Source: Chrysomallon squamiferum (taxonomy: Eukaryota; Animalia; Mollusca). From it: 64,000 nt of DNA. The position numbers and the translations under genes were made by a program. Shown in pieces: positions 13,351 through 26,919 of the stretch (its first letter is position 1; each line of letters begins with the position of its first letter). The stretch is taken from positions 32,860,001-32,924,000 of the forward strand of contig CM022670.1 in assembly GCA_012295275.1 (NCBI GenBank). The letters are read 5' to 3'. A model generated the notes under the pieces. It saw only the letters and a program-made list of their open reading frames with translations. It searched no databases and was not told the origin of the DNA.

Positions 13351-16278
13351 AAGATTCTATATTTGTTAAATGTATGAACATAATTCTGTTTCTATTAAAT
13401 AACGAGTATGGAACACTGTATTAATGTACACGCGTGTGTATGAATGTGTAATTATTTTATTTTTTTTTTTGTATTTGTCAAATGTGTTTTGTTTTAAGAA
13501 AAATTGTTACCTTTATTTGTGCATTTTAAATGTATGTATTTATATGTATAAAGTATTGTTCTGTATATTTTTTTAACTGCGACTGGAGTTCGATTTCATG
13601 TTCGTATTTTGTAGGGGCTGTTTGTGTTTTGTAGGGGCTGTTTGTGATAAATATATTTGGTTTTTAGGTATCTTATTTTTTAATTTTGTAATTCATTATT
13701 ATTATTATTTTTATTAAATTTATTACTATTGTTGTTTGGTTTTTTTTTTTTTTTTTTTACAAAGGATCATTGTATAAGTGTATAATTATGTATGTACGAG
13801 ACTGCCCGACAGCAATTTTTTTTTTTTTAATTTGCTTTGTCATTTTTTACTTAAAAAAAGCACTTATACATTATTTTATATGTCAGTTCTAACATTCATC
13901 AAACACTTAGGTTTTCTTCCCACTCACCAGTACAATATCAAATAACGGTGTTTGAAATGTGTCCATGATTAACTGCAGAGGATTACGTTACGAATATAGG
14001 TATAATTAATTTTTCCATATTTCCCTAGTTCTGAATAATTCATTGCAACGTGATACATAATCGGTTGGTCTGTGAATGCGAAAGTGGATAATAAGGTACT
14101 AGGCATACACCAAAGAGTATTCATATCTCCTGACAAAAGTTCTCAAATGAATTTCATGAAATCAATAGGGCTTTGTTGAGATACGCTTTTAAAGAAATGC
14201 ATGTTCCTTCATAAAATGTGTATGTCTTAGTAGTGGTTCACGGACGATTTAGCCTGAACAATAATTTTACAACGTGTTCTATCTGAACTCATAGGCAGTT
14301 CAGTCTAATAAAGATGCTCTTATGCTTGTTGGTTTGTATGTGTTAGATTCTGTGTGAAGGTGTTTGTTTGTTTGTTTGTTTGTTTTAGTTACGTATACAT
14401 CCACTCAGTCAACATCACATCCATTCACAAACATCTGCGCACATGCACGTTCATGTAAACATAGAGAAATAAATATAACGTTTGCAGTTAAGACAAAATT
14501 TTATTAGCAAAAATATAAAATATAAAAATAAAAATAAAAATAAGAAAATAATAAAAACTCACTAACAAACAAATGAATAATTTTTCTGTGATAGTATGAT
14601 ATTTAAAGCTCGTAACAGTAAAAAACCAGACAAAACTAATCATATAATTATATCTATAGTTTCTAAGATATATACACTAAAATCTATGAACTACAATATA
14701 TGGCGAAATCAGAGATTTTTCTTTGATTGTTCTCTGACGAAAGCATGCCAAACAGTTTCAATCCAACATAAACGAAATCAGTTCAAAATGGAGGTTGACA
14801 AGATGAAAACTAAACCGTTTCAGTCAGACATCGTTAACATGAGAGGCATGTTTAAACCACTGAACTGATAATTAAACTACATGGAATTTTAACTGCTTTG
14901 AAGTCAATGCTAGATATTCAACATATGCTGAAGAAAAAGTGAATTTACTTTCTGTCTGTTAGAAATTACAAAACAAACACATATTCTATTTCAGACTAAC
15001 ACGATTCAACAATTAGTGGATATAAAGATACGACGTTATTATTATGGATTTAAGAAGTACCAGTAGGCTTAGTATATTGATGGATGTTATTTTATTACGC
15101 TCAATATATTTCGATATACAAACTTGAAATACAAATAAATGTGTTTTATGAATTATGTAAACTTTTATCTAAATATTTTAGTTTAAATTAGTTTAAAAGA
15201 ATCACATTTCGTTTAATCCCAGTGTAACATGAATTTAGAGTATTTTAAATTAAACGTATTTTATTTTTAAAACAGATAATCATTATAATGATAACTAGCG
15301 ATCGTATATCTATTAAGAATATGAACTCAAATAAATAAATTTAAAAACAAAATGTACAAAATTAAAAATAAATAATAAATAACAAAAACAAATATTAAAT
15401 AATGAAAACAACTATACAAAGTAATAGAAATATTAATGTTTGTTATTTGTTTATTTGTTTTTTTGTTTTTTTGCACTATTTATCTACTATGTTTCTAGCA
15501 ATCATTTATTACAAATTTCACGATGTTACTTTTGTATAGAAAAAAAAAAAAAAAAAGACGAAAAATAACGGAATACATTACATTTCAATAACTATCAAAA
15601 TTCTAAGTTACAGACAAGTATATGTTAAACGTATACTGGTATTTCTTTCCTGCTGAAATACATAATAATGTATATAAAAAAATGCAACACACTGATAAAG
15701 ACAGCTGTCAAATTTGAAAACAGGATATATGATTTAATAGTTGTTTTCAAAAATATTTTTTATTGCGGTTTTCTTGAAAGAGGTTTCAAAAATACTCTTT
15801 ATTATTGTTTTCTGAAAGAGGTACCACATATAATTATCATAGATTCCATAGAGGATGTTACATATATAGATAGACAAAACTAGGCAAACAATTGCGCATG
15901 CCCATACAGATCACCCGCTTTTATAATAACGGTGTCGGGCGTGCTCTTGAATTTCTTTTTTATAGATACGTCTTTGTGCTGTTATTCAACTATATTGTAA
16001 AGACGTATGTAAAAGTCATAAACTCGTCACGTGGTGTCATTTTCTTTCGGGGTAACGGGACAACGGTGCGAATGTATCGTCAGTTCGACTGACACGTTGT
16101 GTAGTTGCATTTCCCTTTAACATCTGGCATGGAAAAGGTTGTCTTAATACATACATTAATTTAATGAACTACAAGAACGTCGTAAGTGAAACTTGTGTTT
16201 ATTAAATTCTCGATCAAATTTGAAAACATTATAAGACAATTTAGTATTGTTCTCTGGAATACTGAAAACGGATTCAAA

Positions 16279-16890
16279 ATGATGAGGAAAGGTTCTAATA
16301 TTGGATTAATGCCACCAGTTGAAAATAGGAGAATGTCGGTAGCCAAGGGTCTGCTTTCTCCTGGAGATACTTCCAGAAGGTCCAGCAGTTTTGCCGGATC
16401 AGGGCCAGTACGGTCCAGTCTTCCTGGGCCATCCCTTATTGGCCTTCTTGCTTCCAAACGTTTGGCAAGACGACTGACCACCAGACTTTTTGGCCGAAAG
16501 GGTTCGTCCAGACTTTCCGGTTACTCCATACCCGTGAAAAAGGAGCCGTCTTATCGCATGGAACCACACCGAAAGTTCCAGCCGGAGAGAGTTAGAAGTG
16601 CTATACAAGAGGTTTTAGAAGACAGATTAGAAAAATTTACCTACAGAGCCAAGCTGTGTGCGAATCTTAGCAAGGTTCTGTGCGATGAGATTAAGGATAA
16701 AGTGAAACTGATGAACTTCGACCGCTACAGAATTATTTGTGAAGTTCACATCGGACAGAAGATGGACCAAGGGATGATGGTTACCAGTCGCTGTGCCTGG
16801 GATCCTAAAGTGGACAATTTTGCCACGTACACTTTCCAAAACAATCACATCTTCTGCACAGCTACGGTTTTTGGAGTGTATCATGAATAA
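16279..16890 (+). CDS. Tctex-1 domain dynein light chain (TCTEX1D/Tctex2-like), paralog A, intronless
   Basis: First ATG at 16279 (ORF track starts at an upstream GTG). C-terminal Tctex-1 domain: EPSYRMEP...EIKDKVKLMNFDRYRIICEVHIGQKMDQGMMVTSRCAWDPKVDNFATYTFQNNHIFCTATVFGVYHE. Confidence 0.9.
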   Translation: MMRKGSNIGLMPPVENRRMSVAKGLLSPGDTSRRSSSFAGSGPVRSSLPGPSLIGLLASKRLARRLTTRLFGRKGSSRLSGYSIPVKKEPSYRMEPHRKFQPERVRSAIQEVLEDRLEKFTYRAKLCANLSKVLCDEIKDKVKLMNFDRYRIICEVHIGQKMDQGMMVTSRCAWDPKVDNFATYTFQNNHIFCTATVFGVYHE

Positions 16891-17230
16891 CTTTGATACA
16901 GAACAGCTGAAGATGCGCAAAGAGGTCTTGTTTAAAAACAGTTCTTTTAATCCATTTTGGTTTCATGGATTTTCAGTACAACGGGTGAAAAAAAAAAATC
17001 AAATAAAGAAGAAGAAACAGAAAACTTTACAATGAAACAAACGATGTTAAAGTTAATTCAATGCACTGAAAATCTCCAAACTGTTTTTTAACTATGTACG
17101 CCTTCAAACGTGGTTGCGTGCCAAACCATGTTTCATTATCGTGTGTAATTTTAGTTTTTAGTAGTAAATTATTTATTCACATTCTTATTCTCTTTATTGT
17201 TGTATTTATTATTATTGTTATTGTCATCAA

Positions 17231-17830
17231 CTAGAAATATTTTTACAGGCCTGCTTTGTAACGCTAGTTACGTATACTTACGTTATTTATAAATAAATGC
17301 AGGTTTTTATCAAATGGTAATATAATTATATTATTACAGAATCTCTCAAACGGTTTAAAGATAGGAATAACATTAGAATAATAGCATTTCAAATAGAAAA
17401 TCATAAAATGATCATTGTGATAAATATAAAGTTGTCTTATAGGAAAAAAGAGATGACGACCGCAACTATGAGTGTCCCTCCTACTTTTAACATTTAAACT
17501 TAAACTTAGATATCTGACTATCATCATTATCATCATCGTCATCATCCTCATCATAACGTTCATCATCATTATCATGATTATTGTTTTTATAATTGTCCTC
17601 ATTATTATTATTATTATTATTAATTCATATTTTCATTAAAATTATCACTCACAAAAAAAATAATAACAACAACGAAACAAAACAAAAACAAACAATAACA
17701 ACAACAACAACGAAAAAACCCAACAAAAAAACAAAACAAAACAAAGAAAAACCCAACCTAAACATTCAAACTCTGTAAATACTTTCGATGTTCGAGATTT
17801 TCATAAAAACAAAGTGTACGACAAACAAAA
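17231..17830 (+). repeat. ~600 bp dispersed repeat, copy 1 (inverted copy at 50075-50677)
   Basis: Near-identical to the reverse complement of 50075-50677 (e.g. gcctgctttgtaacgctagttacgtatacttacg...; ctctgtaaatactttcgatgttcgagat). The spurious ORFs 17264..17602(-) and 50460..50645(+) share FPIRQLYIY.NDHFMIFYLK...FINNVSIRN. Confidence 0.9.
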
Positions 17831-18257
17831 TGCTATAAAATTATAGCAGAATGTTTATTGATTGCTTACTCTTTTCTTTTTGCGCACAACAACATATCGC
17901 GAAAATATGTGCTGATTTATTGAAAATGGTGGGTGGATTAACATTTGACTGTCACCTGAAATAGTTCTCGTAGTGCTAGTAAAAATACCGAAATGGATAC
18001 GTGCGTGGCAACACGGGTCACCATGCAATAACAAGTGTTCTTTTACAGCGTGCTCATTATTTTACGTTCCAGTCGCTTTAATGTTTTCATTTTATTTATT
18101 TTTTCTTTCAATCTGTTATCAGTAAATAATTATGGATATTTAACTGGCATGCCTTAAAGTGTAGTGTTTCGTTCTGACTAATTTAATAAAATTGACGTTC
18201 ATTCAGAAATAGATCACTGAAAGGAGTTGTTAAACTATTCCCAATTTCTGTGATATG

Positions 18258-18549
<292 letters not shown>

Positions 18550-19221
18550 TTTGGGATTATGCGTTAACTGTACTGGAGAAATGTGTGAGATATATTTCCT
18601 ATTATAAAGCTGTGACCTATTCTTTCCGCATTTCTTATTCCCTATTTCCATAAAAGTTTGTCGAGCCATACATTTTCACAGCAGTAATGTGAGAGATATA
18701 ATATTCACTGTTACCATAATGTAAGCGAAGTTATCCCTATTTCTATGAGAAACATTCTGTAAATCACAAAAGTGACATAACCTATATATTCTCTATTTTC
18801 ACTTAGAAATTCACTATCCATAGATAAAATGACAAAGTAACAAATGCAACAGCAGTATCATTAAATAATCTAGAACATCAATGATATTAAAAATAATAAC
18901 GAAGATGACTGATGATGACAATCATAAGGTTAGTTAGCAACCTCTGTAACAGTCTGATAAAGTAATAAAATAATACTCTAATTAGGACGTTCTTACCACG
19001 TGGCATCAGTTTAAGTGTCTGCGCGGAAGGATTCACGTGTGTTTTTCAAGGACTTTTACAAGTCGCTGGGAATTTCCTTTCAGACAACTATATTATTTAA
19101 AATTTTAATACAAGGAAAATATTTTCTTACGTACGGTGTTTTCTTTGACTTTTTATTTTATAATGTATTTATTTATGTTTTAAATTGTGAAAAGTAAAGA
19201 TAAAAAAAAATAATAATAATA

Positions 19222-19259
<38 letters not shown>

Positions 19260-19696
19260 GATAAATAAATAAATAATAAAAAAATTATAAAAATTATAAA
19301 AATAAAGAGGATTAAAAAAGACTAATAAATTATAATAGTAAATAGGAAAAAAAAATATTACCTGAAATTCAAAGAAAACAAACAATTACAAAAAATGAAA
19401 TTATAAAATAATAAAATAAAATGAATTTAAATATGGCGTAATATATATATATATTTTTTTATCATAAACACAACGTTTTCTTTTGTTTATTTATTTATTT
19501 ATTTTTTTTCTACTACTACTACAGCTGCTATTACAACAATTACTACTCCTACTACTACAACAACAACTACTACTACTATTATTTCAACCCATGATAGGTT
19601 AGGATTCTGTTTTAGAAAATATTTTATATATTTTGGTTTACGCACTTAGAGAAGTCGGAATACAAAACAACATCCCAGACCATACCACCCTCCATC

Positions 19697-19698
<2 letters not shown>

Positions 19699-19781
<83 letters not shown>
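19699..19781. repeat. (CT)n microsatellite
   Basis: Direct reading. Confidence 0.95.
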
Positions 19782-19783
<2 letters not shown>

Positions 19784-21416
19784 ACATATCTACATTACAC
19801 AGACATAGAGAAACTATAATACAGACATCCAAAATGTTTGTGTGTGTGTATGTGTATGTGTGTGTGTGTGTGTGTGTGTATATGTATTTATTCTTGTAAT
19901 ATGCAAATTAGCATACACAAGACATCTGATATTAGTACTAAGATATTTATTAAACAAAGACCAAAGATTTACTGCTGAATTATAATTTGTTCTTGAATTA
20001 TATGTGCTTAGTTTTATGACAGGTTCCTATGTTTATGACAGGCAGTAAGTAAAAAAAAAAAAAAAAAAAAAAAAACATTAGAAGAAAAACAAAAAAGAAA
20101 GTGATATAATTCAAAGAGCTTTCTTCTAATTTTGTATTTCTCAGGTTAATCTTGTTATTTATGGCATTTATGAAAATACAGGAAAATAAATCAACTTTTG
20201 TATGTGTGAGTGTGTATTGGTGTTTGCATCTTTGTGTGTGTGTGTGTCTGTATGTGAATGTATATATTGTTTGTGTGAAAGAGAGAGAGAAAAAGAGAGG
20301 ATAAGAGAGAAAGAGCGATATAATGAGAAAAAGAGAGAAAGTGAGTTGGTGTCATTTGTTTTCTATCGGATTTATAAAAAGCGTTATAAATGTTTTTACT
20401 AGCAAAATGTTTCTTCATTCATTATTTTTATTCAGAGGATCACGACAACGCATTTTCTGAATAATAAACATTTATTTATTTATTTATTTATTATGTAAAA
20501 TAATCCAAATATAAATTAATTGAATCTGGCATTTTTTATTCGTTTCTTTTTCTTTTTTTCTCCATCATTCAAAAGATGGAGGAGGTATTCAGATATCTGA
20601 TAATGAAGATTAAATGTACGAGTTAGGGTCATATTTGCAGACAGTCCTCTATCAATACACATAAACATACAAGCGAAACAGATATTTAAACGTAATAAAA
20701 ACAACATGAACCAGTAAACAAAATAGTATGTTTTATTAAAAGATGAAGTCGTTACAAGTACCTGTCACATAATATGTATTACTTAATACATCAAACTGTG
20801 TTAAATTCTAACTTAATATATATTTAATATTATTGGCTGCAAATGATATTGGTTCAGAATATGTTTTTGATAATATCTGGATATGTTACATTATTAACCG
20901 ATTATGAATTACATCACATTGGTCTTTCTAACCCTTATACCATTAAACCAGTTTTTAAATCTGTTAACGTAAATTATTTCATACACATAAATGATATTTT
21001 CTGAATTACTGATATAAATTATTAATACTCATTTGCACATATTACTTAAGCAAGTTACATATGGATAATATATTACTTAACTTAAGCCTAAATCAGAAAG
21101 TATTTTATTAAGTTCTCTTTTATTATTATGTCTCGTCTAAAGAAAATTAAGAACAAAATATTGTGAAAAGAATCCATTCTGTTTTTATCTCTTTTTTTTG
21201 TGGCGGTGAGTAAAGTGAAAACTAATATTTCCGCTTTTTTTTTTTATCAATTATTTTCACTGTTTTTTTTCAACACAGCTTAAATATTAAAAGAAAAATA
21301 ATGTCGGCAAAATTCAGTTTGTTTTTTTGCTCTTATCAGAAATCTGTTAAATTGAAACAAAATATCTGTCACGCCATAAGAAAACTGACATAACGTCTTT
21401 ATCCAGGGTTGCTTGT

Positions 21417-22006
21417 TTAATCTGTATACACACCATACACAGAGGCGAAGCACACAATACCCTTGCTGCTATAGGAATAACTAGCAAATGTGTCGTATTT
21501 CGGCTCCCAGGCGCATCTGCTGGCGGCCAGAATGCACTGTCCTGTGTTCTGGCTGATGGTCACTGCGACTATGATTTTGTATCTTTCATAATGCAAGTCT
21601 TTCACTCTCTCTTTGATCTCTTCACACAGATAACGTATAAGAGGCTGCGTCGCTCTGGCGTTGTACGACAATCCTTCTAGACGCTCGTCCACAACTTCCT
21701 TGATGATCTTCTCCGTTTCATCGCACTGAACGTAACTTTGGGTTCAAGCCTGTACGTGGGTTCATAATGAATCTGAATTTGCGTGCTTTCGTGTCTCAGA
21801 TCTTGAATCCTCGGCATCATCCTTTTCATCATAGATAGCCGTTTTGTGGCCAGGACGCCCAGAAAGGACGCCGCAATACTGGGCCTCTTGTGCCCTGTTG
21901 GAAACACACTCATTTTTCTTTTTTCGGCAACTTCTCCTTTTTCTGGAACTTCTGTCAGCAATGCATGGCCCACAGCCTCACTCAACAACGACTCCTTTCC
22001 TGCCAT
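21417..22006 (-). pseudogene. Tctex-1 domain dynein light chain paralog B, intronless, broken by a 1-bp frameshift (pseudogene or sequence error)
   Basis: ATG at 22006 (MAGKESLL...YEPTYRLEPKVTFSA). The frame slips near 21714-21724. The other frame continues (D)ETEKIIKEVVDERLEGLSY...RYKIIVAVTISQNTGQCILAASRCAWEPKYDTFASYSY...VYGVYTD-TAA. Confidence 0.8.
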
Positions 22007-22633
22007 TGTTCTCACAAGGGAATTTGTCTCCAAGCAGTTGATTGTTATTTTTATTTCTTTCGCTAAGATATCAAAACTGATTAACTACGCCGTGACGGCA
22101 TTAGTACTCTTTGCCAAATAATGCCATAGGAAAGACTAGAGTGGACTTCTGCCAAATTTCACATTAGCTTTTTCTGCTCAGTTTCAGTGCAGGTGTTAAG
22201 CATAGTACTGAGTTCAATTTGGCAAGTTTGAAAATGTCATGACCTTTAATGACAATCGGTATAAAGGCGATTATTTTAAAGCTGCAAAACAGCAATGATC
22301 AGATTGACTGAATGAACTGTTCCGTTAACACAGCTTAATCGAATGCCAAAATGATCAATCAGCTCCATAACCAAGTTTAGGATCAACAATCTTAAGTGTG
22401 TATGTGTCTATATATTGGAGTGTTCGTATACATGTAAAATACACACGTATCCATCTATGTAAATCTTTATCCATCTAGTTTTCTGTCTTCCTATGATCTC
22501 TTTGTCAATCTTGTTGTCGGTCTGCATGTCTGCTCGATATATCTCTTTATATCTGTCTTTTTTTCTGAACGTCTCTCTATCTCAATATATCTATAAAATA
22601 ACAATATATTTAATGGTCTGTTTTTCAAATACT

Positions 22634-22747
<114 letters not shown>

Positions 22748-23286
22748 GTAATACTGTTTGCGACATCACTATTATATTATTTCTTAATGATCTGTACAAT
22801 CCAAAATATATTTAAAAGAAAACACGCTCTCTCTAAACCCGCAAAGACCACGAGTTCGAATGAAAAGGCAAATCTGTATCGAGAAATTTTAAATGGATTA
22901 TACCGTGTTTAGTCGAGTATTCGTTAGTACATAATCGCCTCATATGCAATAAGCATTATGTTTGTGAAACTGGGCACTATATTCCATATTAATTTCTCGA
23001 TTTGTAAGGTCAGTGCACACTGCAACTGTAGAAGAAAAAATATTCATTGCAAATTTACATGAGACGCGCTAGGTATCAAAATTGAAAATATTTTCTACAG
23101 TTTGGGGAGAATGTAAAACCCTTTTGAAAATTGTTGTACAGAAGAGTTTATATATATATTTATTTGCCATTGAAAATGAATATATATATTTGCTAAGGAT
23201 GGACTGCAGCTATTTGTAAATTGGTATAAAATTACAAATCGTTAATTTTCTTAACTGATTATTGAGTGTAACATTTAAAGACGACT

Positions 23287-23868
23287 ATGACGACTAAAAA
23301 AGTGCTTGTAATATCGGGCGATAATTCTCCTATTAACCTGAATCCGCTGGCTTTCGCCACAGACGAAAGAAAAAGGAGCCTATTTCCAGTGGTGGATTCC
23401 AGAAGAAGTAGCGTTTTCCAGTCACAGATAAGTAGTTTAATCACGCCGAAAAAACCTGTCAAAAAACTGGTAAAGTTGGATAAAAGAGAAACATCGCCAT
23501 TCCAGCCTGTCATCAACTACGAACCAACGTATCGCATGGAACCGAGCGGTAGATTTCAGACTCACAAGATTCGCAATGTCCTTCAAGAAACAGTCGACTA
23601 CAGGCTTCAAGAGTTTCAATATAATTCCAAGATGGCGCCCACGATGAGTCAAGTCCTGACAGATGAAATCAAGGACAGGGTGAAACAGCTTTGTTTCGAC
23701 AGATATAAGATAATTGTAACTGTGATTCTTGGTGAGAAGAAAGAACAAGGTATCATGGTAACTAGTCGATGTGCCTGGGATCCCAAGTTCGATGACTATG
23801 CAACATACTCGTTTCAGAACAAAACCGTTTTCTGTACTGTATCGGTATATGGCATATATATGGAGTAA
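23287..23868 (+). CDS. Tctex-1 domain dynein light chain paralog C, intronless, 193 aa
   Basis: YEPTYRMEP...EIKDRVKQLCFDRYKIIVTVILGEKKEQGIMVTSRCAWDPKFDDYATYSFQNKTVFCTVSVYGIYME; clearly homologous to paralogs A and B. Confidence 0.9.
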   Translation: MTTKKVLVISGDNSPINLNPLAFATDERKRSLFPVVDSRRSSVFQSQISSLITPKKPVKKLVKLDKRETSPFQPVINYEPTYRMEPSGRFQTHKIRNVLQETVDYRLQEFQYNSKMAPTMSQVLTDEIKDRVKQLCFDRYKIIVTVILGEKKEQGIMVTSRCAWDPKFDDYATYSFQNKTVFCTVSVYGIYME

Positions 23869-24149
23869 TCTAATGCAGACAGTTTTTCATTAGAAGAAGT
23901 CAAAAATTCAGTTTCATTCGTGTGTTTTTTTCTTTTTACTAATTTACCAGGTGTGCCACACTAACATTAACACTGTTAGGAACTGATCCCATAGTCAAGA
24001 ATAGTGTGCGATAATGTTGTCAGCATTATGAATACCTATTTTGTATTTAGGTAAACCGATTTATTATTTGCTAATTAGAAATTATATTTTTATTTCAAAT
24101 TTGAACGTGAGCAGATATGGTTGCTTTCCATTTCATGTTATGAAAGAAA

Positions 24150-24152
<3 letters not shown>

Positions 24153-24222
<70 letters not shown>

Positions 24223-24227
24223 GAGAG
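24153..24227. repeat. (GA)n microsatellite
   Basis: Direct reading. Confidence 0.95.
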
Positions 24228-26919
24228 TTTCTGAGACATAATTTATGTCCTTTATCGATTTAACCATAATTTATCAGGGATCAATTTTATGAAAATGTCA
24301 TCTTGTTCATTTTATGTGAACGTCATAGTTATTGTTTCTTACCATGGATTCTGTTATTATTAAATCTAATGTTCAGTAATTTGTAAATCTCAATCCGACT
24401 GAAAATTCTCAAATTTTGTATTTTTTTTTTTTATAACGATTGAAAGCATGTTGTAATCATTTTATTTTTCTTCCTGGGTAAATAAATGTATATAAATGAT
24501 CTGCGTTGTTTTTTCAATTGATTAATTAATATTGATATTAAAGAAGAGTATATCAATAAAAAGAGATCGGAATACGTTTTGTCTTGAAAGAAATAACAAC
24601 TTGAGTTGACCTCAGCTGTTTGGTACAGCGCGTTCACACAAGGAGCGGTATGAAAGGTGAATCCTAACAGGATTACATCTTGGTTCGTCCGTTGTCCACT
24701 TTCAACAGACTCGTTGATTAAAACCGTTTTAACACTGCGGGCTGATTTCTTCTGCTTACATGTTGCCACTGGGTGACTGAATTTCATGTTGTTGTTTCTT
24801 GATTGCTTTTTTTTTTTTTTAAACAGAAAAAGAAGAAAAAAGATCAAGGGTATCCACGTAGTTTCGCTAACATGTAGTGGAGACTATCATGCAAAGATGA
24901 ATATTTATAAATGAGCACAGAAATTCATATCAGTTGTGAGTGGCAAACTCAGTATGGGGCGTTTCTAATTTTGAAGGCATGAAATTTGTTTTCGTGACTG
25001 TACTCAAATGCATATAAAAGAACTATTGTCATAAATCGAAAAGATTAATTATAAAGAGGCGACAATGAATTGTTGTTTTTATCTTTCTCAAGAAAAAATA
25101 AATAAAGGTAATACGAAAATTGTTTAAAAGTTTATGAATTAATTCATTCCGATTATGAATATTTTCAATTAAGCACATTTAAAAGAAAATGAAAAGAAGC
25201 ACTTAGTATTATATATCATGTTACTGAGTTTCCCCCGATAAATGGTGAATCATTTTTTCTGAGCTGTCTTAATGAATTAAACTATTCAACAGTTTCGTTC
25301 ATTCCCTTAAACCTCCCAAGACGTTGTCGCCGACAGAATTTCTGATCTATCCTTTAACTTCTAATCCTGAAGTTTCGCGAATAACAAATAATAATGTGTT
25401 CAAGTATCTAAATGTTTGTGTGTATAGTATAAATAAATGTGTGCGTGTGGGATATTCTGTGGCGCAAATAAAACTTGAAATGATAGCTTTATGAATTATT
25501 GATTTTTGTCTTATTCATTTTGCAGATACCTTATCAGTTTATGATTTCAAATATTTCACAGAAAATTTATACACTCTACATATTATCTACAAATGTTTTG
25601 TTTGAACTTTAATTGCAAACTCTAATCCAAACATATTGAAGAATCATGTTTTTTTGTTCGTGCAATTTAGACTTTACAATTAAATTATCAAAGATTTCAG
25701 TAATAAAATTATAATTTAAAATTAACAATATACGTCAAAGTGAATTTATTTTGTAAATAATACTTATCTTTTCATACTATTTTTTTGATGAATCGATAAA
25801 ACTAAAATATTATGGAACTTACCTTAATTACTTTTAAAAAATGATTAAAATATTTGCACGACATAACATTTAATCATTTTAATAATAGTAACATCTGAAC
25901 ACATTTAAATTTATTTATGTAGTGATTATTGGGACATATATCAATTTGGATGACATAAAAAATTACCAAATGAAAATGTTTAGCTTACGTTTTAATTATT
26001 GATTTATTTTCATGATTATTAATCATAATTATTATTCCAAATCTTGAAAACAAGGGAGTTAACCACATTGACTGCGAAAAAATACATAGCTTGTATCGGA
26101 TAAAAATTAATTATTTAAAAATAAATTACGTCTATCCTTTATAATATGTTTTCTTCTTTCTGGAATTTTATATAAATATTTGTTAATTTCGTTCTGACTT
26201 CTAAAGGATATTATATATATGTCTGAGGAACTTTTTCCCTCTTTTCGGTGTTTAGTCAGAAAGATTATCGCGGTCATTTTTAGCTTCCGGTAGGTTTGTG
26301 TATGATGAAAAAATTAATTTTGTTTTATTCTTTGCTTACTGTGATATTGTTATGTCTTAGTTATAATAAGTAAACATATAAATTAAGTATGACCATCTGT
26401 GAAATCTGTTTGATAATGGTTTCATACTTCTTTTTTTTTTTCTTGGCGTAAACCGGATTTGGAAAAGGTCGAGTCGGAAAGCCGGATAAATACCTCAATA
26501 TATAAACGAATTGTCCTTTTAAAGTTCAGTTAACGATACATATCTAACATAAAATTTGATACCTTTTGCAGAATGTTATCCTTTTCAGTAAGATGGAATT
26601 AAGTTTTGTGCAAAATGTATATATCTATGGTTTTGTTTATTTGGTTTCATGAAAAGTGGTAAAGAACCGAAAAGATTTAAGTAATTATTTAAGATGATCT
26701 ATAGATATAGTAGTATTCTAGTCATATTGAACTTCATCACCAAACAAAAAATCAACAACAAACAACCAATAAAAACAGTAACAACAACAACAATAATAAA
26801 ACAACAGAAATAAACAAAACAAAACATGATTATATTTAGTATAAATAAGTAAGTAAATAAATAAATAATAATAATTTAAAATTTAAACTTCACTTTTAAC
26901 AGAATTGATCTGATGCTGT

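Noticed and set aside
16987-16998. A-run downstream of Tctex A as a retrocopy poly(A) remnant
   Set aside because: A-runs are everywhere in this window; not diagnostic, and no target-site duplication seen.
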